Positions 26,461 through 40,903 of a stretch of 64,000 nucleotides of DNA are shown piece after piece. The stretch is from Squalus acanthias (lineage: Eukaryota): assembly GCA_030390025.1 (NCBI GenBank), contig CM059433.1:22074001-22138000 (forward strand). Reading direction: 5' to 3'. How positions within the stretch are numbered: the first letter of the stretch is position 1; each line of letters begins with the position of its first letter. The notes beneath the pieces were generated by a model, which saw only the letters and a program-made list of their open reading frames with translations, did not search any database and was not told the DNA's origin. Position numbers and translations under genes: made by a program.

Positions 26461-27914
26461 AAATATTAGCATGGTAACATCATCATGCTCAAATGTCTTG
26501 AATGAGAATTGATCACATGATGTTCTCCCATGTTATAATTTGAGTTGATGTTGGTGTTGCATCGAGGATGCTTCCCATCTGAAGAACGAAGAAGACTCAG
26601 TCAGCTATGTAATGTATCTTTGTGGCACAAATTGTATACTTTTCATTGATTTGTTTTTAAACTTAAAATATTGAACTATTATTGCAATTTCTAGTTTAGC
26701 CCAAGGAGTTGATTCTAATTTTTTTTAAATGACAGCTATATATAATTGAGAGGGATGCTGAGGCAGTGTCAAACATGAAATTAGTTCTGCCAATCTCTGT
26801 GTAGGCCTTGTGGACAAACTGAGGCCTGAATTAACAGTGTGGAGCTGGAAATGTCACCCGGTTTAGCAAAGTGCTCTTCTGGGGATTTGGACCCATATAT
26901 TGGTAGACTAAAACTGACAGTATTTCTGAATTCTTTCTCTATGAGACAGCAAGTATTATTCCATGATGACATTCACCTAATAGGCTCTTTTGAACAGATC
27001 TGAATATTTTAAATGGTAAGACATTGTGGTATGACATTTCACCATCACAGCCTGACAGATAAGTTATGCTTTGAATGTATAATTTTCACTCAACAGACAA
27101 CTCTCTATATCATGATGCTATGGTTTAAAATAATTACATACAGTTCCTAGAATTTCTGTTAGAGTTTTTTTGCTTTCTCTAATGTTTTTGGTCCCTTCCG
27201 CTTTGCCATTGACCATCCCACTCCAAGAAGGTGCCACCTGTTCCGAAGTTTCTGTCAATGTTGTTCTAACATGGGTACCTCGGAGGTGTACAAGAGCAGC
27301 CCGAAGTGACTCTCCTCTAACTTTAACTGTCTCCCCATGGAAAACAACAGGAACAATTTGCATTTATATAGCACCTTTGTAATGAATCAATTGCCATGAC
27401 ACAAATAAAGGATATGCCCAGCATTAATTTCTGTTATCCAGAGTCATGTCTTGAATCACATTAACAGCAAAATTATATACACAAACAGAGGGGGAAATAG
27501 TGAAAAAAACAATCTGTGTTACCTTTCACCAACTTCAGTTGTGTATTCCTCTCTCTATTGAAGTTATTTTTATTTTCTCACCTTCTTTAGACCTTTCTGT
27601 AGTGTGCACCACACCCTGAGCTGAAAATTGAGCAATCTTCTGCCAAGTCTATATCTTCACATATGACACAGGCAAGATAGGGAATTCGCTGTGTGGGAAA
27701 TCATTACCACAAACCTATATCCTATCGCTCCAAAGCACTGCACATTGAAGAACGCAAATTGTATAACAGTGAACCCAAACATGGTGATGCTTAGTTTCTT
27801 CCAAGGACACTGATTTTGATTCTATGCAATTCCTTTATTGTACTTGAAAATATCGAACTTCATAACTACAGAAAAGCCATAAACATTCAATGGCTCCATT
27901 GATAAGTTCAGCAC

Positions 27915-28330
27915 CTGGCACAGTGCTGAGCCATGCAGACCACAAAGGGCCCAAGTTCAATCCAAGGACTCTGCTAAGTCAGGCGATCTCAACCCAGGGT
28001 AGCATTTAGGATGCCAGAATTAGCCACAACATTGCTCGTCTAGGGATGGCCAAATCTGCCATGGTTCCCCTTCCTGATCACTATCCAGGGACATCTGCTG
28101 TGAAAGTATGCATGTGTGGAGTACAGATGACAAAAGGACCAGGCTCAGCAATTACCTCTTACACTTTTAAATTGAATGTTGACACTTAACTGTCTAGGCT
28201 CGGACATAAAAAAGAGCCACTTGGCTCAAGCACTGGTAAATGAATGGCAACAATGGAACTGTATCCAAGCATGGATCGATGCTTTCAGGAAAGGAGAAAA
28301 TGAGAGAAACATAAGGGTGGGGGAAGGAAT
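27915..28330 (+). mobile_element. Ancient tRNA-derived SINE (AmnSINE2-like)
   Basis: ggcccaagttcaatcc head and tgtctaggctc...gccacttgg...atggaactgtatccaagcatg body. Confidence 0.55.
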
Positions 28331-28418
28331 CTTTCCTGATAAAATTATGGGATAGATTTTGAAAGCTGCCAAGATTTTCGAATACTGTGCTCCAGGTACA
28401 GGTGTCCCACAATGTTAA

Positions 28419-28658
<240 letters not shown>

Positions 28659-29350
28659 TAGTTTGCGCCTAGCTGTAGAAATGGAAATGCCATGATGGTA
28701 CAAGATGATGTTTTTCTGAGTTTTAGATTAAGGCATGTTTACAGGGAGAGTAGAGGGAGCTTTACTCTACATTTGGTTTGTAATTTTTTCACCTATTTAT
28801 TCCTGCTTTTTGTCTTCATCTGTTTTGCATTTGTTGCCAGTAATGCCCTTAATTTTATGGCTTTATATCCAGTCAATTTCAAAAATGAAAAGTTGAGAGA
28901 TGGGAAAATAATTCCACTGATGCAGAGCTCTTCATTTTGATAGCAAACGCTTCTTGTTAATATTAACAGGAAAGTAGTGAAAATATCTCATAAATAACAT
29001 GGCAACTTTACAGTCCAGTGGTCAAGCCTTTCAAGAGATTGGACCTTGAAATTAAGTTATGTGAATATTAAAATGTCCATATGCAATTCCATTGTTCACT
29101 TGACAATGGCAGTTTTAATATGTTTAAAATAAATAGTCCACAAAGGAATTGAATATGATCATGCTATGTGTATATGCTAATATTTGCTTGGTGTAATTTC
29201 AAGGTTTTAATGTATTCAACGTAGGAAAAACAAAGTGAACATAAATTTTTTAAACTGCTAAATTTGTAACCTATTTAAAACAAAACTCATCGTAGCATAG
29301 CCAGAATTATTAACGTACTTTTTTCTGTTTCAATGTTTCCATCCTTATAA

Positions 29351-29732
<382 letters not shown>

Positions 29733-29964
29733 TAATTCTGTTGTATCTTCCATTCCTTGTCCATACTTAATATGGTGCAGTTTGATTAATTACTTGTATG
29801 TACTGTAAGTACAAGTGAGATGTGATGGACTGTCTTCACCATATGGGGAGTATTTTCTAGCAGGCAGGTGGTAGGCACTTGCTGTCAGCAGGCAACAGCT
29901 AAGGACACAGCTGTAACTATTCTTTCCTGCTGGTCAGCGCATTTTTCATTCTTTTTTCAACTTG

Positions 29965-30505
29965 ATAGAATCATCGAAATTTACAGCACAGAAGGAGGCC
30001 ATTCAGCCCATCGTGTGTGCCGGCTGAAGCTATCCAGCCTAATCCCACTTTCCAGCTCTTGGTCCGTAGCCTTGTAGGTTACGGCACTTCAAGTGCATAT
30101 CCAATGTGATGAGGGTTTCTGCTTCTACCACCCTTTCAGGCAGTGAGTTCCAGACCCCCAGCAACCTCTGGGTGAAAAAATGTTCTCCTCAACTCCCCTC
30201 TAATCCTTCTACCAATTACTTCAAATCTATGACCCCTGGTTATTGACCTCTCTGCTAGGGGAAATAGGTCCTTCCTATCCACTCTATCTCGGTCCCTCAT
30301 AATTTTATGCACCTCAATTAAGTCTCCCCTCAGCCTGTTCTGTTCTAATGAAAACAACCCCAGCCTATCCAATCTTTCCTCATAGCTAAAATTCTCCAGT
30401 CCTGGCAACATCCTCGTAAATCTCCTCTGTATCCTCCCTGGTGCAATCACATCTTTCCTGTACTGTGGTGACCAGAACTGTACCCAGTACTCTAGCTGAT
30501 GCCTG
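29965..30505 (-). mobile_element. CR1 LINE 3' fragment
   Basis: QLEYWVQFWSP...RGDLIEVHK; near-identical to 16848-17120. Confidence 0.9.
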
Positions 30506-31134
30506 TAGTAATCAGTCCTTTTAATGTGGAACATAACCAATAATAGTGGAAGGTCAGCAGCTGATTCAGCATTGAAATGCTGGCATGATGGAGAACAGAA
30601 ATTGTAAATATATTTAGAAGGGTATGTCCTTTAATACAATGCACTATATTAGAGTATTCAACAATAACTGCAAACCTAGTTCTGACATGGGTAGAAAACT
30701 ATTAATAGATTTATAAAGGGTCATTTTCCAACTGATGATCTGGTGCATAGCCTCGCATGTACCAGTAGCATATAATGGAAATGCAGGCACAATTTTACAA
30801 CCACGAATTGGACAGAAAACTGCACAAATTTTCCAATTTGTGCTGCTGGTGAGCGAGGCTCCCTGCTTGGAGCACAAAGTCAGAAAATGACCCTGTAGTG
30901 TGGTTTTGCTCTTGGGAGAGAATACACTACCATACACTCGAACTACATTACAATTTTCTAAGATAATCACTGCAACGCAGTAGCATCTCTCAGGAACGGT
31001 AGAAAAATCATTCCTACGCATTTAAGGTCATTGCCAATAGTCGCCCAACTATGCTTCAACCCAACCACCGCAGCTGTGCAACTGCTGGGAATATTGTGTT
31101 ATTCTTCACACGAGGTTCGCACAACATCAAGACT

Positions 31135-31430
31135 TTAAAACAAAATCAGAAAATGCTGCAAACACTCAGCAGGTCAGGCAGCATCTGTGGAGAGAGAAAC
31201 AGAGTTAACATTTCAGGTCGATGACCTTTCATCAGAAGTAGAAGATGTTAGAGATGAACAACTTTTTAAGCAAGTACAGAGCCAGAAAAAAGGGGAGCAG
31301 GGAAAGAACAAAAGAGGGAGGTCTGTGGAGGTCAGGAGTGATTAAGTAACAAACGAGATGATGGGGCGAGGTGATAATGAGACAAGTAAAGAAACAAAAT
31401 ATGGGTTCAGACGAGGTGTAAATGGGGGAG
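31135..31430 (-). mobile_element. Penelope-like element terminal fragment (family B)
   Basis: Same terminal sequence as the arms at 35838-36178; contains a hammerhead motif. Confidence 0.75.
31203..31238 (-). ncRNA. Minimal type I hammerhead ribozyme motif
   Basis: Minus strand reads tt-CTGATGA-a-aggtc-atc-gacct-GAAA-tgtt-aac, with a 5-bp stem II. Confidence 0.6.
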
Positions 31431-32436
31431 GGAAGCATGGAAATTCTGCTGGAAAGTCTCCATGGCCCGAGAATGTGGTGGAAGAAAGGCAGGTAGCCCC
31501 CAGGGGTGCAGACCACCCCGCCGGCCATGTTCCGATAGGGGATCCCACCCCAAGCCTCAGCCCACACCTCCTCCACTCCCAGTGGTTCTGGTGCAGCCTC
31601 TAACATCAGGACTTTAACCTCAACTAAATTCTGCCTGCCTGCAAGCCACATTTGCCAGTTCCCAAAACATTAGCTGACTTAAAATGTATTTTTCTCTGCA
31701 GCATGACATAAATAGCATGGCCCAAGGGGTGCAATAAGTATTTATAAAATTTGTGGTCTTGGCCATACACTTTGTCACTTGTGTATTTTGCAGCTGAGTC
31801 CATGAATGTAAATAGTATATAATGCCAGTACATGTGAAGGTTCCTCTGTGCCCATAACTTTACAGCCTTTTCCTAATGCAAGCAGCATTAAAGTTGACAA
31901 TCGCGTGATTCAAATAGTAGAAAAACAGAGGTGTGAAAATATAATGCCTGAGAGACTTGATAGTTGAGTGATATAGTGAGATCAAATCACGATATTGTCC
32001 TTGAAATGAGTTATCGGATTTACATACAAAGAATTTCGAGAATCACTTTGATGGTTATACAAAGTAATGTTAGATTTATCTGTTCCTGATTTGAAATATA
32101 TGATAATCTTAACATTGGTGTGTAGTAAATCAGCAGCATTACATTGTGTGTGTTGGCGTAAATGCATAAACAAATCTGATTAAGGTTTAAATGATTTCAA
32201 CAATACACTTGATTCTTGCTTCCTTATTACAAAATATGGTATCAGTTCAAATAATTTAGTTATGAGAGATGAAAGTATCCCTAAGAATTGTGTACTTTAC
32301 TCATAACCCGTCAGCTGGGAAGTGGCAAACTCACCCCCTGCAACTTGCTGGGTTGGAGCCACTCAGCTGGCCAATTCCTGAAGATATTTGGCAAATTCTT
32401 GATCTTGTGCATTCGATGCTGTCATTTATGACTTGA

Positions 32437-32673
<237 letters not shown>

Positions 32674-33409
32674 TGAGAATTCAGGAACCGGAACCGCTGC
32701 GCCAGGCACTCATTTGAGTGCCAACTGTGGAAGTATGCCATGCCAGAACCCGCAGTTCGAAGCTCCCGGTTGTGACTCCTGGTCTAAGATGTGTTCGCTC
32801 ATTGTAGTCGGAGCGGTGGTTGGAGACCTGTAATTGTCCGACTCCCCTTTAGCTTAGGGGAGAGAAAAATCAGCCTGTTTTCTCAAACCTGATCACCTTC
32901 CTGTGACTCCTGCAGGAAAGTGACTATTACCTGCTAACTCTAGGAAAATGTAAAGCAAATTTATGCCGTATCAAAGCAGTTCCTTACATGTGAAAGTTCA
33001 CAGTTTAAAATAGAAGGTGCCTATCTGTAATTTAATCCAAATTGGCATTAAATTAGCATAAGGATGCCTGGTGTGTGAATGGAAATGTGACACTGATGTT
33101 CGGGACTGAGGCATCTTGTTGGGATGAGCAGAAGAAATCTTATTCGCCTTCCGGCCAGGTTATATCTGTCCTTGAAATGATCAATGCATCATTAGTTGGT
33201 AAAAATGAGAGTTTTTCATTCTGCAGCACGAACTTTAATAAGCATCAAAATTCACCAAAAATTAAGTTTTGAAAAATGTACTTTTAGTAACCTTTTGTCT
33301 AGCGAAAAGGCAGCTATTTAAGTGGAAATGTTCTATGTTAATGACAAAAGGATAATTCAGTGATGGTGATAATCCAACCCAAATTTGCACCTTTTTCTTC
33401 ATAACAGTT

Positions 33410-33998
33410 GCGGCGAAATTGAACTTGCGACCGTCAGTTTTGCACCTGAGAAACGGGCGGCGAGCAGTTGAAAAACCGGGCCAGTGAGGGTGGGGTGGGG
33501 GCACTTTGGCTGCCTGACTGATGCCCACCGCCCATCTGATGCCATATTCAGTAGGGCCTGAAACAGGCTTAAATATGCAAGTCAGTGTCGTTCTCTGGTT
33601 GTAGATTGCCAATTGCAAATCACCAGGTACAAACGGGTGGAGCATCTGCCTTACACTCTCCGCCTATTCGTACCAAGTGATGAGTGTCTAACCCGCGGTC
33701 CTTAATGGGACCACTGGAGGCCACGCCAAAAAAAAAAAGCCCAGGATATTTTGAATTTTCATTTCTGTGGGCCCCGGGAGAAGCAAGATCGCACCTCCTG
33801 GACCCACAAAAAAACTCTGCCCCACTACCACCCACACCGCTCCCCCACCCCCCTCCCCCACACCACCAGATTCCGCTCCTGCTTCCCCGCACCCCCCTTT
33901 ACACAGACCCAACCTGTCGGCCATTTTAGCATCGGATTCAGCCAATTTCCCTCCCTCCCTCCCAGCCCAGCGAGCTCACAGGTGACAATTAGGCCCCC
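33410..33998. mobile_element. Degraded GC-rich MITE-like element
   Basis: Termini gcggcgaaattg / caattaggccc resemble the other Harbinger-type MITE ends. Confidence 0.4.
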
Positions 33999-34224
33999 CT
34001 GCCACAGCTCCTCAGGCAGAATTTAAATGCTGATTATGATTATCATCGTGAAAACTATTTGACAGACATCCTTTTTTTTGTCACATACTGTGATGTATTT
34101 ATCGCATTGTGTTGTGAGTTTTTGTAATAACTGAAATAAGTTTGCAGAACATTTTATCCAAGAATGTGGTGCCTGTCTCCATTTCCCCATTTGGACTACC
34201 TGGGAACTTGGTTATTAAATATGC

Positions 34225-34500
34225 AGCCTTCTGGCTCAGTTTGGTAAGGACAGTGCATTGCACAGCCATGCAAATCTAAAGGGAGCAGGTTTGATTCCTC
34301 GTTTGTGCTCGTTAGCTGATGTCAGCCAAGGTCATAGTAAGGGTCATGCAATTGGCCTCATTATCTCAGAGATGGGGAGGGGAAAAATTAGCCCGGGTTC
34401 CTGTTCTGGAGTAATTCCTATCCATTGATACCTGCTGGAAGGTGCACATGTGTCGGAAAAAGATTATATTAGACTTGGCGATAGCTGTAGAACCCTACCA
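34225..34500 (+). mobile_element. Ancient tRNA-derived SINE (AmnSINE2-like), 5' part
   Basis: tggctcagtttggtaa A box; ggtttgattcc B box; gttagctgatgtcagcc...caattggcctca...gggaggggaaaaattagcc. Confidence 0.6.
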
Positions 34501-34582
34501 GGACCCCCGCAGAGGTCAATGGGGCCGAGTTCAACTTGGGGAAAATCAGCATTAATGTGGCCTCAAAATGGGGTTGGTAGAC

Positions 34583-35031
34583 TTTTTTTTAATTCATTTA
34601 TGGGATGTGGGCATCGCTGGCAAGGCCAGCATTTATTACCCATCCCTAGTTGCCCTTGAGAAGGTGGTGGTGAGCCGCTTTCTTGAACCGCTGCAGTCCG
34701 TGTGGTGAAGGTACTCCCACAGTGTTGTTAGGTAGGGAGTTCCAGGATTTTAACCCAGCAATGATGAAGGATCGGCGATATACTTCGAAGTCAGGATGGT
34801 GTATGACTTGGAGAGGAGCTTGGAGGTGGTGGTGTTCCCATGTTCCTGCTGCCCTTGTCCTTCTAGGTGGAAGAGGTCGCGGGTTTGGGAGGTGCGCCGA
34901 AGAAGCCTTGGCGAGTTGCTGCTGTGCATCTTGTAGATGGTACACACTGCAGCCACGGTGCGCCGGTGGTAGAGGGAGTGAATGTTTAAGGTGGTGGATG
35001 GGGTGCCAATCAAACGGGTTGCTTTGTCCAT
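34583..35031 (-). mobile_element. LINE 3' fragment (CR1/L2-group, distinct family)
   Basis: DKATRLIGTPSTTLNIHSLYHRRTVAAVCTIYK and SWNSLP; polyA end; tail shared with the SINE at 39705-39937. Confidence 0.75.
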
Positions 35032-35837
35032 TTAAGCCAACGCCCCATCTTGCAGCTATTTTTAAAGGGGTATTCCCCTGGGTGATTGGTGCACCCACCT
35101 GTTTCAGCTGGTAGGCCATTTGATTTTGCAAATCAAGGTCCTTTGATATAGTTAGGACCCCGAATACAGTTTTCAGGGATGGTTGGCCTAACTAGCGGTC
35201 CTCTAAAACAGCCCAGAACAGTTTCCGGGCTACATTTATGTGCAGTGAGGAGTAGCAAGAATCCTTCTCTTGGCTTCACAACAATACTGCAGATCGCTGC
35301 TGGCCCGAGCTCACCCCACTCCACTTTTGCCTCCCTCCCACAGGACCTACCTGTGAGCCCGATATTTTGCCGGCCCAGAGCCATTGAGCTCAGCGGGAGG
35401 CCCGCAGAATAGAAATAAGGCCTGACCCTCTAAATGGCTTGGGCCTCCCACTAGCCCAAACGGGCGGGCGGCTAATTCACTCCAGCACTCAGCAGCCCAA
35501 AAATGAAGCTACCTCAATATGTTCAGAAAAGGAGTAGAGAAGAGGGCAAAATTGGCAAAAGAAACATTTAACTAGCATTTGAATGCCAATGACCTGATAT
35601 CTGTGCATTCATGCCTGACGAAAGGCTATGTGGAGCTGACAGTATAGCTCAGCACTACCTGTTCCTCATTGCTCCAAGCAGGTCCCAATCTCAAACAGCG
35701 CCTGAAGTGTGCCAGTGCCATTGAACAAACTCATTATGAGTCATGATTGGATAACATTTTCTCTTTTGAAACAACATATTAGCAAGGGGATAAAAACAAA
35801 TATTTTCTCTATCCATGTTGGGAGAGTAGTTAGATGA

Positions 35838-36178
35838 AATAAAAACAGAAAATGCTGGAAATACTCAGCAGGTCAGGCAGCATCTGTAGAGAGCGAAACA
35901 GAGTTAACGTTTCAGGTCGATGCCCCTTCGTCAGAAGGAACTGCATGTGTCCATGTAGGCACGTTAAAGGTCACCATGTAAGGAATTGCAAGTGTCAGCC
36001 TGCCTTGTATCAGTCCCAGACATGGCTCATGTTCCAATACTCTAAAGATGACGAAGGGTCATCGACCTGAAACGTTAACTCTGTTTCTCTCTCCGCAGAT
36101 GCTGCCTGACCGGCTGAGTGTTTCCAGCATTTTCTGTTTTTATTTCAGATTTCCAGCATCGGCAGTATTTTGCTTTTG
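35838..36178. mobile_element. Penelope-like hairpin insertion (family B) with hammerhead arms and a duplicated host-DNA loop
   Basis: About 98-bp inverted arms; TSD gagtagttagatga (35824-35837, 36184-36197). Confidence 0.8.
35902..35937 (-). ncRNA. Minimal type I hammerhead ribozyme motif
   Basis: Minus strand reads tt-CTGACGA-a-ggggc-atc-gacct-GAAA-cgtt-aac with palindromic AACGTT stem III; stem II has a mismatch. Confidence 0.55.
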
Positions 36179-37249
36179 TGTTGGAGTAGTTAGATGATTT
36201 GCTTTTGCCTGTTTTCCACTGTGACTCGGAGCTAAAAGTTGTGCAGCAATAGTTCATCGTGATTGTTGCTCCAATTATACCCCTTTGTTAATGAGAGGCA
36301 TCTGGCCTCTTCTCAGCATGTGTCCATGTAGGCACGTTGAAGGTCACCGAATAACCATGTAAGGAATCGCAAGTGTCAGCCTACCTTGTACCAGTCCCAG
36401 ACATGTTCCAACACACTAAAGTCCACTGATCTCTTAGATATACCCAGAAAGGAGCAAATGGAACAAATCAATACAGTACTGTGAAAACAATAAAGTAGTG
36501 GAACCACACACAAAAAAACTAATAAAATCAATAAAGTTTGAAAGCATCAGATAGCTCTTAAATAATGCGGATGCCCTTTAAAATCAAAGAAGCCTCAGAA
36601 GCCTCCCCCCCCCCACTCACTTCCAGCAAAAATGACAGTCTGTATAATGTCAAAGATGGTTTTAGAAGGCAGCAGCTTCAGAAGTGCAGGATGCAGTTGT
36701 GTTTCTAATAAATTATTGTATTCCTTGTGGAATTCTTGGCCCATTAAACACAGTAATTGACAACTGTGACTGTCACAAGTGAGTAATTCTTTTTGGTTTT
36801 GCACAGTAACCTGGTGAGACGTGCTGTGCAGTATTATACAAGAAGTGGCTGTGTTCTTTGTATCCCTGAGTTCATAGATTCGATCGATTGCCCAGGAAGA
36901 TTAGTTGAATTGAGTAAGATAACGGGCAGTATTTGACTATGGATATTGTGCCATTAGACATTAAGACCATAATATACAGTGCTAATACTATTTAGTAACA
37001 CGGAAACAAAGGAGTATAAAAGTCCCACTGTTAGAAGTAATGTATGATTTCAGTGCTTGATGACCACAGAACAGAGGTGAGGAAAATGTCCGTTATCGCA
37101 ACACGAGAGCATCCATCAATTGAGCTGTTTTTATCTTTGCACATTAAATTTAAAACAGCATCTTGGAGGTACTCCCCAAACAATTGACCTTTGGTCTCTC
37201 ATCTTTCCGGCCTTTTGTTAGCTGCCATAGAAGAACACCTCCAGCACAG

Positions 37250-38532
37250 TATCATAGAATGGTTACAGCACGGAAGAAGGCCATTCGGCCCGTCGAGTCC
37301 ATGCCGCCTCTCTGCAAGAGCACTTTAGCTGGTCCCACTCCCCCACCCTTTCCCCGTAGCCCTGCATTTTGTTTTCCTTCAGTTACTTATCCAACTCCCT
37401 TTTGAAAGCCGTGATTGAGTCTGCCCCTACCACCCTTTCAGGCAGTGCATTCCAGATCCTAACCACTCGCTGAGTAAAAAAGTTTTTCCTCATGTCACCT
37501 TTGGTTCTTCTGCCAATCACTTTAAATCTGTGTCCTTTGGTTCTTGACCCTTCTGCCAATGGGAACAGTTTCTCTCTATCTACTCTGTCCAGACCCCTCA
37601 TGATTTTGAACACCTCTATCAAATCTCATTTCAATCTTCTCTGCTCTAAGGAGAACAACCCCAGCTTCTCCAGTCTATCCACGTAACTGAAGTCCCTCAT
37701 CCCTGGAATCATTCTCGTAAATCTTTTCTGCACCCTCTCTAAGGCCTTCACATCCTTCCTAAAGTGCGGTGCCCAGAATTGGACACAGTGCTCCAGTTGA
37801 GGCCGAACCAGTGTTTTATACAGGTTCATCATAATTGCCACGCTTTTGTACTCTATACCTCTATTCATGAAGCATAGGATCCTGTAAACTTTTTTAACCT
37901 GCCCAGCCACCTTCAACGATTTGTGCACATATACCCCTAGGTCTCTCTGTTCATGCACCCATTTTAGGATTGTACCCTTTAGTTTATATTTCCTCTCTTC
38001 ATTCTTTCTACCAAAATGTATCACTTCGCACTTTTCTGCGTTAAATTTCATCTGCCACATGTCTGCCCATTCTACCAGCCTGTCTATGTCCTCTTGAAGT
38101 CTATCACTATCCTCCTCACTGTTTACTATACTTCCAAGTTTTGTGTCACCTGCAAATTTTGAAATTGTACCCTGTCTACCCACATCCAAGTCATTAATAT
38201 ATATCAAGAAAAGCATTGGCCCTAGAACTGACCCCTGGGGAGCACCACTGTATACCTTCCTTCAGTCCGAAAAACAACCGTTCACCACTACTCTCTGTTT
38301 CCTGTCACTTAGCCAATTTTGTATCCAGGCTGCCACTGTCCCTTTTATTCCATGGGCTTCAACTTTGCTGGCAAGCCTATTATGTGGCACTTTGTTGAAC
38401 GCCTTTTTGAAATCCATGTACACCACGTCAATCGCAATGCCCTCATCAACCCTCTCTGTTACCTCATCAAAAAACTCGATCAAGTTGGTTAAACACAATT
38501 TGCCTTTAACAAATCCGTGCTGGCTTTCCTTA
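37250..38532 (-). mobile_element. CR1 LINE RT + 3' end
   Basis: SQHGFVKGKLCLTNLIEFF, DFKKAFNKVPH, FLIYINDL, KFAGDTKL; same subfamily as 22691-24690. Confidence 0.92.
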
Positions 38533-39094
38533 ATACTCCAAGGAATGTTCGAATTAGCACCCAGTTGATTGCTCCCTCGCTGCATTCCAGCATCAACACA
38601 GTGCTTCAAAAGAACCACAGAAATAGATTTAAACCAAGGTTGAAATATTAATTTGTCAGTATTAAAATCCACTTGACACCAGTAAATTAAGTAGGCATAA
38701 ACATCATTGTGCTCAACATTGCCCTTAGAACTAACAAAACCTACCTAATTGACAGCAGTTGAATGCTTTACATGTTACAAACTTCTGAGTATAAAAAATC
38801 ACACCATTGGTGGTCTGATACTGCATATACTTAATGATTATAAAATGCCAATAACTTCTTTCTGATAAGTGAAATGTATTTTGTTGTTTATTGACTGATG
38901 TGGCTTCCTGTGCAGTTGCTAAAAATATAAACTTGATTAAAGTTCCTGTGCATATGACCAGAAATCACATGTTAAACAGAAGCACGGAGCTGCTCGATCT
39001 CTGTTGCCATTAACTATTCATCCTGTCCCATTATCTTCCCTCAGCTCCTTAAGATGATGATGTATGCCCTCCAGTATCCCATCTAAATAGTCAT

Positions 39095-39340
39095 TTTTCA
39101 TATGTGAGGCTATTTGGCTGTGTGTGTGTGTCGGCGGGGACGGGAAATCACTGATCAAGGCCAATCCTCTTCACACCTAATATTTACACTTCCAGGATGG
39201 GTCACTAGATATATTACAGGAATGGGAACCCCAGCTGATTTTCATCTCCCTAGCTCAGGGATGCTGCCACCAACTACAGTGCTCTCGATTCCCACCACTG
39301 AGATTGACTAACACAAGGAGGGAATCAATCTTAGAACCTT
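39095..39340 (-). mobile_element. Degraded AmnSINE2-like SINE
   Basis: Colinear with blocks of 58290-58690. Confidence 0.45.
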
Positions 39341-39704
39341 TTGACTTCTGTGGCTCTGCTTTACAGGTCAAATTTTGCAAGGTTCCACACCTCCTCTTGG
39401 TCCCACAAATGAAAGTTTTAGACTTGCCTGAAGGGTCTCTTCTGTCTGCAGGCCTGCTTCTGCCTGGCGGGAAATCCACAGTGGCTTTCCCCCTCAGACC
39501 ACGGATAAAACATAATGGGACCCCGATTTGCATGAATTTCTGAGGCTCCCACGTGCTTTAGGCAGGTGCCCTTCTACCTGCAAAATCCTTCAGGTTAATA
39601 TCGGAAATGGACAGATCTGAGCGGTTAAGTGACCCGCTACGCCTTTTTTCACTGCGCACCCATCTGGTTTCTGCCGGGCGGGTAGGGTTAAAATTAACCC
39701 CATG

Positions 39705-39937
39705 TACATTGCTTCATGGAATTGTCTGAGCAGTGTCCTTTAGGGAAGGAAATCTGCTGTCCTTACCTGGTCTGGCCTGCATGTGACTCCAGACCCACAG
39801 CAATGTGGTTAACTCTTAACTGCCCTCTGAATTGGCCTAGCAAGCCACACCACCACCTTCTCAAGGACAATTAGGGATGGGCAATAAATGCTAGCCATGC
39901 CAGCGACGCCCACATCCCAGGAACAAATAAAAAAAAA
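39705..39937 (+). mobile_element. SINE 3' portion sharing its tail with the LINE at 34583
   Basis: caccaccaccttctcaagg...agggatgggcaataaatgct...cccacatccc followed by polyA. Confidence 0.7.
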
Positions 39938-40903
39938 GTAACAATCTCTTTGAGCTCATGAGTCCTTATTACCCTGGCCTCTCTTAGGATCTTAATCTGA
40001 GCAAACAGACACACAAGCATTGTTTAATCACTAAATTAACAGCATTTAAAACAAACTGATGGCACAGTTAAGACTATTTCTGTCATTCGTGGTCTAGTTT
40101 AATATTGCAGTATTTTCAGTGATGCTACATGATTTCATTGTTATACGCGCTTGAACTTTCCTCCACTATCCAGCCCCAAATTAGGTGTAATAGCAGCGGG
40201 AGCTGCGGGAAAATCTGACTATGAGGTCCACTGTCATGTTTCCACCCCAACTTCTATTTTCCTCCACCCGCCCTAACTGGAAAAGCAGCCTGCAAGCACT
40301 TTCCTGCCTGCCACATGTAAGTGGCACCAGGGATCGGGGCCTTACAAGCCCCCTCCTCCCCACCCACACCTCCTATTTCACTGCCTCTGCCACTGATTCC
40401 GCGCCCCCCGTGGACTGCCAGGAGAGGGGTAGGGGTAGCCTCCAGGGAAGCCTTTAAGTGGTCTCTTCCTCTTCAAGTGCTGCAGCGGTGGTGCTGCTGC
40501 AGTGCCACCCAAATCCTTCTGGCTGGCAGCATCGGGCTCCCACTTGCCGGTGAAGGTCCCGTTGGGAGCCCACCAGACATACTTAATGACCCTCAACCCA
40601 GAAAATCCAGCTGTTCCAGCTCTCTCTACCTTGTGTCTGGGTCAGCTGCAGTGACCTTGTCACATCTGTCACTGTAGTACATGATGCCTGTGAAACAGGA
40701 CAAACTGCACGTGGGAGGCAGAGTGCTATTACAGTCTGTGAATCCACTTACTTGCTCCTGTGGGTTAGCAAGAGTGCTTTCCCATCTGTAATTACCTTTT
40801 TGAAATTGCATATTTTTATTTGGCAGCCTGTTGATAGTTGAATTTCAAATGGTAGTCATTTTACTGTCAGAAATACCGAATGAAGGCATTCAACTTACTT
40901 AAA

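Noticed and set aside
36049..36080. Plus-strand hammerhead in the right arm
   Set aside because: The first core C and the 5' strand of stem I are missing, so it is not called as an intact ribozyme
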